In this document: positions 29,461 to 38,900 of the stretch, piece by piece
Layout of the letters: every line of letters starts with the position of its first letter
How positions within the stretch are numbered: position 1 is the first letter of the stretch
From: Candidatus Binatus sp.
GTDB lineage: Bacteria > Desulfobacterota > Binatia > Binatales > Binataceae
DNA: 64,000 nucleotides
Assembly (NCBI RefSeq): GCF_036567905.1
Contig: NZ_DATCTO010000034.1
Coordinates: 10,085-74,084, forward strand
Reading direction: 5' to 3'
Program-made: the position numbers and the translations under genes
The notes under the pieces: model-generated
The model's input: only the letters and a program-made list of their open reading frames with translations
What the model was told of the DNA's origin: nothing
Databases searched by the model: none

Positions 29461-30719
29461 TGAGCGCACGGCTTCTACAGCTCGCGTGGCGCAATCTGTG
29501 GCGCAATCGTCGGCGTACTTTCATTACGATGGCCGCCATAGCGTTTGGCTATGTCATGCTACTGTTCGTTGCGTGCCTGATGACCGGCCTGAGATGGCAG
29601 ATGATCGAGAACGGTACTTGTCTTGTCATGTCCCAGATTCAGGTGCATGCTCCCGATTACTACCCCAGCCGTTCTATTCAGAAGACCCTGGGCGGGAGGC
29701 AAGGGACAGATGTCAGCGCTTTGCTGGCAGCCGTCATTTCAGATCGCCGGGTTTATGCTGCGGCGCCCAGAGTCTACGGATACGGCTTGCTAAGTGCGGC
29801 CCATCGCTCCGCTGGAGTTGAGCTAATGGGAATCGTTCCGGATGAGGAACCGAAGGTTACTATTCTAAATAGGCAGGTAGTAAAAGGTAGTTACCTGACT
29901 GCGCGGATGCCAAAGGGGGTAGTGATAGGAGATAAGCTCGCGAGCACGATTGGCATAGGCGTGGGCTCGGAAATCGTTTTGCTGACGCAGGCTGCCGATG
30001 GTTCGATGGGCAACGACGTGTACACAGTCGTGGGGACTTTCTGCAGTGGTCTTGATGCTGTGGATCGGGGTTTGGTTCTCATGTCTCTGTCTTCTCTACA
30101 GGACCTTTTGCACCTGGCACCGGCGAGGATTCATGAAGTTGGTATCAAGCTGAATGACATAACGGCGGCTACTACCGTGGCTGCCGCACTTGAGCTTCAA
30201 CTGGATAAAACTCTTCCCGTACGGGTAATGGCGTGGCCTGAGCTGGCGCCGGAGCTGGCCAATTACGTGCAGTTCAATCACGGCATCACCTTTGTTCTCT
30301 TTTTCATTTTCTTCCTGTTGGCGGTGATCGGTGTCATGAACACCATGCTAATGGCGGTGTTTGAGCGGACGCGTGAACTGGGCATGCTCATGGCTTTAGG
30401 AATGCGCCCAGGTCAGGTGATTGTTTTGATCCTGACAGAGGCTGGCGGGTTGGCGGTGGCGAGCCTGGTTGTGGGAGGCGCGCTTGGCGTCCCGGTCCTC
30501 TGGTATTTGCAGGTGCACGGTCTGGATTTGGGTGGCGCCACCGGCGGAGTAATCTCTTTGGCAGGAGTAGTGGTGGGGCGCCTCTGGTATGGCCGGCAGG
30601 ATTTTCCCGCCTATGGGCAAGCGGCACTCGGGCTGGCCGTCACAGCTCTGGTATCTGCGCTCTATCCCGCCTGGCGAGCTGCTCATTTTCGGCCGACGGA
30701 AGCGATTCGTAAGGTTTAA
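29457..30719 (+). CDS. FtsX-family ABC permease (LolC/E/MacB-like)
   Basis: LAWRNLWRNRRRTFITMAAIAFG, a large periplasmic loop and a C-terminal 3-TM FtsX domain. It overlaps the upstream gene by 4 nt. Confidence 0.85.
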   Translation: MMSARLLQLAWRNLWRNRRRTFITMAAIAFGYVMLLFVACLMTGLRWQMIENGTCLVMSQIQVHAPDYYPSRSIQKTLGGRQGTDVSALLAAVISDRRVYAAAPRVYGYGLLSAAHRSAGVELMGIVPDEEPKVTILNRQVVKGSYLTARMPKGVVIGDKLASTIGIGVGSEIVLLTQAADGSMGNDVYTVVGTFCSGLDAVDRGLVLMSLSSLQDLLHLAPARIHEVGIKLNDITAATTVAAALELQLDKTLPVRVMAWPELAPELANYVQFNHGITFVLFFIFFLLAVIGVMNTMLMAVFERTRELGMLMALGMRPGQVIVLILTEAGGLAVASLVVGGALGVPVLWYLQVHGLDLGGATGGVISLAGVVVGRLWYGRQDFPAYGQAALGLAVTALVSALYPAWRAAHFRPTEAIRKV

Positions 30720-30721
30720 CG

Positions 30722-32014
30722 GTGAGAAGTGTTTTTCTTCTGGTGAAGATCAGCTGGCGCAATCTCTGGCGCAATCCCCGAGGTACAGCGCTTACGGCCC
30801 TGGCTCTGGGTTTGGGTCTCGCGTTGCTTCTGATCTCTCTGGGGCTGCTCGATGGCGGGCACGAGCAAATGATCGCCGACGGTGTGCGGTTTGGTCCGGG
30901 ACATGTAGTGATACAGGCGAAAGGGTATCAAGACTCGAGCTCTGACGAGCTGCTGCTTCCGGCCCAAGTGGTCTCCAGGATCGAAGCGTTTTTGCAAACC
31001 GCGGAAATGAAGAAGATTGTGCGAGGAGTCAGTCCGAGGCTTCTAGCAACCGGGCTTCTAAGTTCCTCGGCCAATTCTGCCGGCGTGAGAATCACGGGGG
31101 TGAATCCGCAAGACGAACCCGCGGTATCGCTGATCCCGGAGCGGATAGTCGAAGGGACGTATCTGCGTAACGACAAGCCTTCTGGCGTTGTCATTGGCGC
31201 CGAGCTGGCTCGCAAGCTCGAGGTAAAGATAGGTTCTCGCGTGGTTCTCATGACTCAGGCGCTGCGACAGCCCGGCAATGAAACCAGGAATGGAGCCGGA
31301 GAAGAGATGCAAAGCACTCTTTTGCGGGTGAGTGGCATCTTCCGCACGGGATTAGAAGCGATCGACGCTAACATCATTCAACTACCGTTGCCCGCGGCAC
31401 AGACCCTGCTCGGAGTTCTAGACGGCCAGGTGACTCAGGTAGCTCTCCTGTTGCAACAGGAGGGTGACTCGCCGCTGGTAGCAAGAGCCTTGCAGAAGCA
31501 ATTGAGCGGAGCTTCGGTTGAAGTCCTGACCTGGCGAGAATCAATACCGATGCTTGCTCAGATTCTTGGGCTGGACCACGCCTTCAACTACATCATGAAC
31601 GGCGTAATACTGGCGATGGTAGGGTTGGGAATACTCAACACGATTCTCATGAGAGTACTGGAGCGCCGGTATGAATTTGGCGTTTGTAAAGCTCTTGGTC
31701 TTCGGCCTCGGCAGCTTGCTGCAATGGTCATCGGCGAGTCTCTGGCCCTCACGGCGATAAGCCTGGCCCTGGGACTAGCGTTGGGTTTGAGCGTCGCCCA
31801 TTATTTCGCAACGTCGGGATTGGACCTGCGCTGGATATTCAAGGCAGGTCTTCCACCGGCGCTTGTGTTTGATCCTATTCTCTACTCACGCTTAAGCCTG
31901 AATCGAATCGTCTGGTCTGTTAGCATTGTATTCATGATGGCGACGATCATTTCCGTTTATCCGGCGCTCAAGGCAGCGCGAACAGAACTGCCGGGCGCGT
32001 TGAAGGTGCTCTAG
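30722..32014 (+). CDS. FtsX-family ABC permease, second copy
   Basis: ISWRNLWRNPRGTALTALALGLG; same architecture as the preceding gene. Confidence 0.85.
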   Translation: MRSVFLLVKISWRNLWRNPRGTALTALALGLGLALLLISLGLLDGGHEQMIADGVRFGPGHVVIQAKGYQDSSSDELLLPAQVVSRIEAFLQTAEMKKIVRGVSPRLLATGLLSSSANSAGVRITGVNPQDEPAVSLIPERIVEGTYLRNDKPSGVVIGAELARKLEVKIGSRVVLMTQALRQPGNETRNGAGEEMQSTLLRVSGIFRTGLEAIDANIIQLPLPAAQTLLGVLDGQVTQVALLLQQEGDSPLVARALQKQLSGASVEVLTWRESIPMLAQILGLDHAFNYIMNGVILAMVGLGILNTILMRVLERRYEFGVCKALGLRPRQLAAMVIGESLALTAISLALGLALGLSVAHYFATSGLDLRWIFKAGLPPALVFDPILYSRLSLNRIVWSVSIVFMMATIISVYPALKAARTELPGALKVL

Positions 32015-32016
32015 CA

Positions 32017-32760
32017 ATGAGGGCGATGGTGACAGAATGGGCGGTGGAACTGAAGGACGCGAGGAAGACCTACCGCACTGGAATAATCGAGGTCCCGGCA
32101 CTGCGTGGGATTTCTCTCCAGATTGCTCCAGGGGAATTCGTGGCTACCGCCGGTCCGTCGGGTTCCGGCAAGACCACGCTGCTCAACATCATCGGCGGGC
32201 TCGACCGGGCGGACGCGGGCGAGATATGGGTGGCAGGGCAAAACCTTCAGCTCTTATCTTCAAGTGAGTTGGCGCATCTGCGTTTACAGCGCATCGGCTT
32301 TGTGTTCCAAACGTACAACCTGCTGCCTGTCCTTACCGCTTTGGAAAATGCCGAGTTTACGTTGCTCCTACAGGGGATACCTGCGCATAAGCGTAGAGAA
32401 AAGGTGGAAAAGCTGTTTTCTGAAATCGGCCTCGCCGGCCTTGAGGACCGTCGCCCGGCGGAGTTGTCTGGCGGGCAGCAGCAACGGGTTGCCGTGGCTC
32501 GCGCCATGGTTACAGAACCTGCGCTCATTTTAGCGGATGAGCCCACGGCGAATCTGGACTCTGCCACGGCTATCGCTCTCCTCGATGTGATGGAGCATCT
32601 CAATCGTGTTACTGGTACGACTTTCATCTTTTCCACGCATGATCCCCAGGTCATGGAGCGGGCTCATCGTTTGATCCGCTTGCGGGACGGTCAAATAGCG
32701 AGCGACGAGACGCGTGACAGGCAAGATGCGGGTATGGCGGCAAGAGGAGACGCTGGCTGA
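32017..32760 (+). CDS. ABC transporter ATP-binding protein (LolD/MacB type)
   Basis: GPSGSGKTTLLNII, LSGGQQQRVAVARAM, ILADEPTANLD. Confidence 0.95.
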   Translation: MRAMVTEWAVELKDARKTYRTGIIEVPALRGISLQIAPGEFVATAGPSGSGKTTLLNIIGGLDRADAGEIWVAGQNLQLLSSSELAHLRLQRIGFVFQTYNLLPVLTALENAEFTLLLQGIPAHKRREKVEKLFSEIGLAGLEDRRPAELSGGQQQRVAVARAMVTEPALILADEPTANLDSATAIALLDVMEHLNRVTGTTFIFSTHDPQVMERAHRLIRLRDGQIASDETRDRQDAGMAARGDAG

Positions 32761-32773
32761 CTGCAGAAAGGAG

Positions 32774-33748
32774 TCACTTGGGAATCGATGCGTCCCCGGG
32801 CACGGCAGCGATCGGCGCGTGGGCGGCGGACACGGCCGCTGCAGCTACGACCGGCTGTGCGCCTGTGATGTAGAAGCGAATGAGTTCGGTGGTGACCTGA
32901 GGGCCGCCGACAAAGGTGGTGCCTTCCTGCTTGAGCAGCCTGTAGGGCGGCGCCGCCTGGAAATAGAGGGTGTTTTTGGGAACTACCGGCTCGATGACGT
33001 GCAGGACGAAGCGCGGCCAGTTCGGCATTACCGTCGCGACATCGACTTGTGCGGTTACCTTGAGCGCGGGGAAGCTACCGGCCGGCACGGTGATCTGTCT
33101 GGACCGGTTGGCCCAAACCTCCTGACCTACGTAGCTGTAGGGCGTGATCTGCTGATGAAGCATACCTTCGGCGCCGTCGCGCGGCGCGCCGAGCACGCGT
33201 AGAAACGCCACCCACGGAACCGAGTCCGGATACAAGTCATGTGGCAGGTCTGCGGCCCCCGCCAGCCGCAACACCGTCGCATCGTTACGCCAGAACGTGT
33301 TCTGCAGCGCGCGACCATGATCGTACAGCGTCCATTGATACATGGTGCAACCCTGACGATGATTGGGAAACAGCCAGAATGCGACTTCGAACTGATAGGT
33401 CGATAGGGTGGTCACCTCGATATGGATCGTGTCGTCGTCGACCATTTCGTTCCACGACTTGACCCGGGTCAGGAGCTCGCCCGTACCGTCCTCTGTTTGC
33501 TGGGTTTCGTCTACCTCGGTGCTCGGCGGCGGGGTTATTATATCGGTGCCGGATTGTTCGCCGATCATCCCGTGACCGATCAGGCCGCGCGTCACAAGCC
33601 AGGCATCCGTTGCGCCACCTGCACTCGACTCTGTCCCCGGCGCCAGAACAACATCGGTGCCGCCCACGGCAGGCCATAGAATTAAAACTGCTGCCAGTAC
33701 GGTCAGCGATGGAATCAGAATCCAGAATCGGAACGATAAGGTCTTCAT
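32774..33748 (-). CDS. hypothetical exported/membrane-anchored protein
   Basis: ATG 33748 gives MKTLSFRFWILIPSLTVLAAVLILWPAV (signal/anchor). I could not recognise any family motif. It is co-directional with the biosynthetic operon. Confidence 0.5.
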   Translation of the reverse strand: MKTLSFRFWILIPSLTVLAAVLILWPAVGGTDVVLAPGTESSAGGATDAWLVTRGLIGHGMIGEQSGTDIITPPPSTEVDETQQTEDGTGELLTRVKSWNEMVDDDTIHIEVTTLSTYQFEVAFWLFPNHRQGCTMYQWTLYDHGRALQNTFWRNDATVLRLAGAADLPHDLYPDSVPWVAFLRVLGAPRDGAEGMLHQQITPYSYVGQEVWANRSRQITVPAGSFPALKVTAQVDVATVMPNWPRFVLHVIEPVVPKNTLYFQAAPPYRLLKQEGTTFVGGPQVTTELIRFYITGAQPVVAAAAVSAAHAPIAAVPGDASIPK

Positions 33749-34102
33749 TTTGAAACCCAATTCCTGGCCGACGAGCATCGACCGCAGCCTGGCACGCCTT
33801 TTGACGCATTTTAGGGGCCTGCTTAGCGCAAGTGCCCAAAACGCATACTGCGTGCCGGCGGCGGCTCTTCTACCTCGAGCAAAGTGTGGAGATGTGAGGA
33901 AACTCTCGGACGAGGTAGTTAAATAGTACACCAAATGGACGCGACGGGCAAAGAGCGTTGGAGAGGGAAGTGGAGTACGATTAGCGCTCAATCTCGGAGC
34001 GCGGCACGGGATCGACACGATCGCCCGCGGTGTTGTGGCCGGCCATCGACCGTCCCGGCTGGCACTGCCAGAAGCGAAAATGACAAATATACATTTTGGC
34101 GC

Positions 34103-34885
34103 TCACGCGGTACTTCGAAGTGGTCGCGGCCATTGCCAGCAGGACAAAGTCCAGCCGCGTCCTTCGACCGCAAGAGCAGCTACGTAGCCGGATGCGAGGG
34201 TCAACTCCTTCAAAGACCAACGACCGGCTTCGTCTGAATCTGGCTGGGTGCTTAACAACGCTGCAGGTTTTCCGGGAATGAGCGACACGTCGAACTGATC
34301 CAAAGGCAAAGAGAGTCCTTCGCCTCTCGCCTTGATGTAGGCTTCCTTGCGGGTCCAACAGAGGAAGAACGCGTATCTCTGCAAGTCTGTCGGGAGCGCA
34401 CGGAGTGTCGCAATCTCGTTGCGCGAGAAAAAACGCTCAGCGATCTGCTCGACTTCCAAATCGCAGCGAATGAATTCAAGGTCGATGCCGATCCCGCGAC
34501 CACGAGTAACCGCATAGAGGGCCACTCCGCGAGAGTGAGACATGTTAAAGCGGATAGCATCTCCGCCAGAGTCCCGGCTCAATGCGGGCTTTCCATAAGA
34601 ACTGTAACCGAAGGATAGGCATTTCGGTTCTCTATTCAAGTAGAAACCGAGTATAGCCCTAAGTACTCCGTGAGCGTTGATAAAGCGCTCGCGGTCCGTC
34701 CGAAAGTAAAACCGCTGGGCCCTCGTTTGCTCTTCTGCCGCAAGGGTATGCAGGAAGCTATCGCGCTGCGGCGGGAGCTCGTCCAGAAAGGCCCGCCAGA
34801 CATGTACTTCGTTACTACCTAATCTTATCGTCGCCGGTGGGAACCCCCACGGTGTGGGAGTTGAGGTGATGGGTAGTGTCTTCAT
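34103..34885 (-). CDS. Sfp-type 4'-phosphopantetheinyl transferase
   Basis: YGKPAL, FNMSHS, GIDLE, WTRKEAYIKARG motifs. Confidence 0.9.
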   Translation of the reverse strand: MKTLPITSTPTPWGFPPATIRLGSNEVHVWRAFLDELPPQRDSFLHTLAAEEQTRAQRFYFRTDRERFINAHGVLRAILGFYLNREPKCLSFGYSSYGKPALSRDSGGDAIRFNMSHSRGVALYAVTRGRGIGIDLEFIRCDLEVEQIAERFFSRNEIATLRALPTDLQRYAFFLCWTRKEAYIKARGEGLSLPLDQFDVSLIPGKPAALLSTQPDSDEAGRWSLKELTLASGYVAALAVEGRGWTLSCWQWPRPLRSTA

Positions 34886-34904
34886 GTGGACGTTCGTACC
34901 GGCT

Positions 34905-35657
34905 TTATTGCAGCTGCTGAAAAAGCGCCCGAAGCAGAAGAGGCTGTTTCAAAAAGAAATGGTCGCCGGGAAACATCCGCAGCGAGAACGAAACACTCGT
35001 CTGGGCGCGCCAGGCTTCAAGATCGCTGTCGCTCACCTTGTTATCCTGCAAGCCGCCAAATGCGGAAATGGGACAGTTCAGGGGCGGCTCAGTCGAGTAC
35101 AGGTAGGTTTCGTACACCGCAAAGTCTGCCCGTAAGACAGGAAGCATGATTTCCATTAATTCCTCGTGGCCCAAAAGCTCGCTGGGCGTGCCATTCAGCC
35201 GCCGCAGCTCCATTAAAAACTCGCTATCTGGCAGGGTATGGATAAACGGCCCGCGATGAGGGATTTGAGGAGCACGACCAGCAGATACAAATAGGTGAAC
35301 AGGATGCACGCCGTACTGTCTTCGGATCCGGCGAGCGAGCTCAAAACTGACTAATGCTCCGAGGCTGTGGCCGAAGAAGGCAAAAGGCCTGTCCAGGAGT
35401 GGAGCCAGGGCTTGAGCGAGGGCCTCGACCAGAGGCGAGAGGTGAGTGAAAGGACGCTCCGTCATCCGAGTCCCCCGTCCCGGGAGTTGAAGTGGGCATA
35501 CCTCGACATCCGCCGGCAAATTGTCGGACCAGGTGCGAAAGATCAACGCGCCGGCTCCGGCGTAAGGGAAACAAAACAAGCGAAGGCGCGTCTTTGGCCC
35601 GAGTTTACGGTGTGAAATCCAGGGGTCGAAAGCAGCGGCGGTTGTCGAGCGGCTCAT
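34905..35657 (-). CDS. type II (editing) thioesterase
   Basis: RLFCFPYAGAGA...GHSLGALVSFELA... Confidence 0.9.
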   Translation of the reverse strand: MSRSTTAAAFDPWISHRKLGPKTRLRLFCFPYAGAGALIFRTWSDNLPADVEVCPLQLPGRGTRMTERPFTHLSPLVEALAQALAPLLDRPFAFFGHSLGALVSFELARRIRRQYGVHPVHLFVSAGRAPQIPHRGPFIHTLPDSEFLMELRRLNGTPSELLGHEELMEIMLPVLRADFAVYETYLYSTEPPLNCPISAFGGLQDNKVSDSDLEAWRAQTSVSFSLRMFPGDHFFLKQPLLLRALFQQLQ

Positions 35658-35691
35658 TCAAAAGCTGTCCTTACAAAGTAGCACATCCAAG

Positions 35692-35931
35692 TTAACTCTT
35701 TGATGAATGGCGCTGTTTGTCGCGCTGCTCCATTTGTTCTCTCAGACTTAGCGGTCTCATGTCGGTCCACACTTCCTTAATATAAGCCAGGCATTCGGTC
35801 TTGGAACCGGTCTTGCCTGTGACCGTCCAGCCAAGAGGAACTTTCCTTTCGGAGGGCCAGATAGAGTACTGCTCTTCATGATTGACGACGACTCTGTATG
35901 TTGCCGAGTCTTCCCAGCCGTCACTATTCAT
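35692..35931 (-). CDS. MbtH-like protein
   Basis: ATG 35931 overlaps the NRPS stop (ATGA). [24 protein letters not shown]. Confidence 0.9.
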   Translation of the reverse strand: MNSDGWEDSATYRVVVNHEEQYSIWPSERKVPLGWTVTGKTGSKTECLAYIKEVWTDMRPLSLREQMEQRDKQRHSSKS

Positions 35932-38900
35932 ATTGCATCCTTCATTGACCTTATCGGTGGATTGGCCCCATCGGCAAACCATCCTTCAGTCGCTTGCGCC
36001 TGATCGAGGCAAGCCCGTAGCTTCTCAGCCAACACTTCAACGTGAGGCTTGTAAACCATCGTTGCGTGATTACCCGGAACGATATGAACGTCAACTCCTC
36101 CAGCAGCCCAGTCGCTCCAACCCAAGGCCGGGTCTGACGAGGTTCCCGCAAGCTCCTGACCAGCCTTGAAGAGCGTGATTCGACCTGGGTAGCGATGCAG
36201 TGCGTAGTTCTGGGTGGCTCGAAAATCGGCTTTGCAGAGTTCGATGAATGGCTGAGCTTGGGAAACGTCGATATCCGAGGGCATTAGTCCGGCTCTTTTT
36301 GCGTGCTCGAGGACGCGCTCCAGCAGTTCGTGCTTTGGAAGGCGGGCGAGAGAATCGCGAAGGTCGAGCGAAAGACCGAAATAGCGGACAAAATCGATCA
36401 GCAGGCGCGCGTCAAAGTCCTCATCGTCGAGCTCCTCATCGGCAGTTGGGATCCGAGTATCCAGTAAGGCTAACAAAGCTACCGTCTGACCCTGAGCCTG
36501 AAACTGCTGAGCCATCTCGAGAGCTACGACGCCTCCCATGGACCATCCGCCCAAAAGATAGGGACCCCACGGCTGCACCGTCCGTAGCGCTTCGATGTAA
36601 TAAGCGGCCATGTCTTCGATGCGCGCGTGTGGTTCCTGCCCCTCCTCGAGTCCTCTTGCTTGTAGGCCATAAGAAGGCTGGTTGGACCCTAGGTAGTGCG
36701 CCAAGTGAACATAGGGGAAGACATGTCCACCGGCCGGATGTATCAAGAAGAAGGGCCGCCTGTTACCTCCCGGTTGAATAGCCACCAAAGATGAATGCGG
36801 CGGAACTTTGGCGTGCTGGTGGAGAATCTTCGCTAGATGCTCAACGGTTGCTCCCTGAAATACAGTGGCTAAGGGAACTTTCTTGCCCAGTCTCTTTTCT
36901 ATCAATGAGAACAAACGAACGGCTGCAAGGGAGTGTCCTCCCAGCTCAAAGAAATTGTCCGTCACGCCGATGGGCCTGATACCCAAAACCTCTTCCCACA
37001 GACTAGTGAGCTGGCGTTCCAAAGCGTTGCGCGGCGCTACGAACGACCTTCCCGGTTCAAAGCGTGCTCGCCCGGGCTCCGGCAGGGCGCTGCGGTTTAC
37101 CTTCCCGTTGCGCATCAAGGGCAAAGCACCGAGCGGCACGAAGACCGCCGGCATCATATAGTTGGGCAGCCTCTCCTTCAGAAAGACCCGCAGCTCGCTA
37201 GCCGTTGGCGGGGATTCCCCCTCGGCGACCACGTAGGCCACCAGCTTCTTCTCTCCGGGAGCATTTTCCCAAGCCAAGACAACAGTCTCGCGCACGGCAG
37301 GGTGTTGGCGAAGCGCTGCCTCGATCTCCCCGAGTTCGATACGGAACCCGCGAATCTTCACCTGATCATCAATTCGACCCAAAAACTCGATATTTCCGTC
37401 GAAAAGATAGCGGGCGAGATCCCCCGTCTTGTACAGTCGCGTTCCCGGCTCGCTGCTGAAGGGGTTAGGTACGAAATTCCGCGCAGTCAAATCGGGCCGC
37501 TTGAGATAACCTCGAGCCAGGCAGTCACCGCCAATATACAGTTCACCGGGAACTCCAACGGGAACCGGATCACCGTACTTGTTCAAAATATAGGTCTCCC
37601 GGTTCGTGAGGGGACGGCCGATGGGAATCCTATGGAGAGCCGAGGGCTCGCGAAGCCGTGAAGCGACCTCAAAGGCAGTTGCCGTAATGGTGGTCTCCGT
37701 CGGCCCGTAGGCATTGATTAGACGGATTGAACTCATCGGTGTTCGCTGCCATAAGTCGAGGAACTCGGGCAGCATCGTATCTCCACCGACGATGAAAACC
37801 CTGGGCTGAATATTTGGAACTAACTCCGAGACGTCTGCCCACTCTCTGGCCAATTCTTGCCAATAGCCGGTTGGGATATTGAGCACAGTGAGTCCGCACT
37901 CAGAACTCACTTTGTAAAAAGCCGTAGTACGCCATACGTCGGTAGTCATCATAACCAGGGTAGCGCCGACAATCAGGGTAGGCAGCATTTGCTCCAATGA
38001 TACATCGAAACTCAGTGAGGCAAACTGCAGCACCTTATCGCTTGAATCCAGCTCGTAGTACCGTTGAACACTAAGGCAGTGCGCCGCGATCGAAGCATGC
38101 GAAACGAGGACTCCCTTTGGCTGGCCGGTCGACCCTGAGGTATAGATTACATAAGCCAGATTCTCGGGCGTGGTTAAGCAGACCGGGTTTTCTTTACTCC
38201 TCTGGGTGATAACCTCCGAATCTGAATCCAGACAGACCACCTTTGCATGGTGTTCAGGCAATCCCACCAGCAACGCCTCCCGGGTGAGGATTACAGGGAC
38301 CTCGGCGTCTTCCAACATGAAAGCGAGCCGTTCCTTCGGATACGCTGGATCCAGCGGCAGGTAGACGCCGCCCGCCTTTAGAATGCCGAGCAGTCCAACG
38401 ACCATCTCCACGGATGGCTTGAGGCAGATTGCCACCGGTAACTCAGGGCGCACTCCCAGAAGGCGTAGATGATTCGCCAGTTGATTGGCCCGGCGGTTCA
38501 GTTCGTCGTACGTCAGCTGCTGATTCTCAAGTACTAACGCTGTCGCGTCAGGTGTTCGCGCGACCTGCGCCTCAAACAGTTGATGGATACACAGCCCTTT
38601 CGGACAATCAGCCCTGTTATCGTTCCAGTCCACCAGTAGTTGTTGTCGCTCTGTTTCGGTTATTAGGGGCAGGTCCGAGACGCGTCGCTCGGGAGTAGCG
38701 GCCACGGCCTCCAGTAGAGTCCTAAAACAACCAAGCATACGTGTAATAGTGACAGCCTCAAAGAGGTCCGTATTATATGCTAATGTACCGACTAGACCTT
38801 GATCGGTGTCCACGATATGCATGGTTAGGTCAAAGTGAGTCGTACCGGTGTCCACTTCTACTGGGCTCAGGCTCAATCCCGGCAGTTCCACCGGCTGCAG

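Noticed and set aside
34059-34075. TGGCAC-containing sequence considered as a sigma-54 -24/-12 promoter
   Set aside because: The GG-to-GC spacing is wrong (N11 on the plus strand, N8 on the minus strand). The sequence is better described as a 13-bp palindrome.
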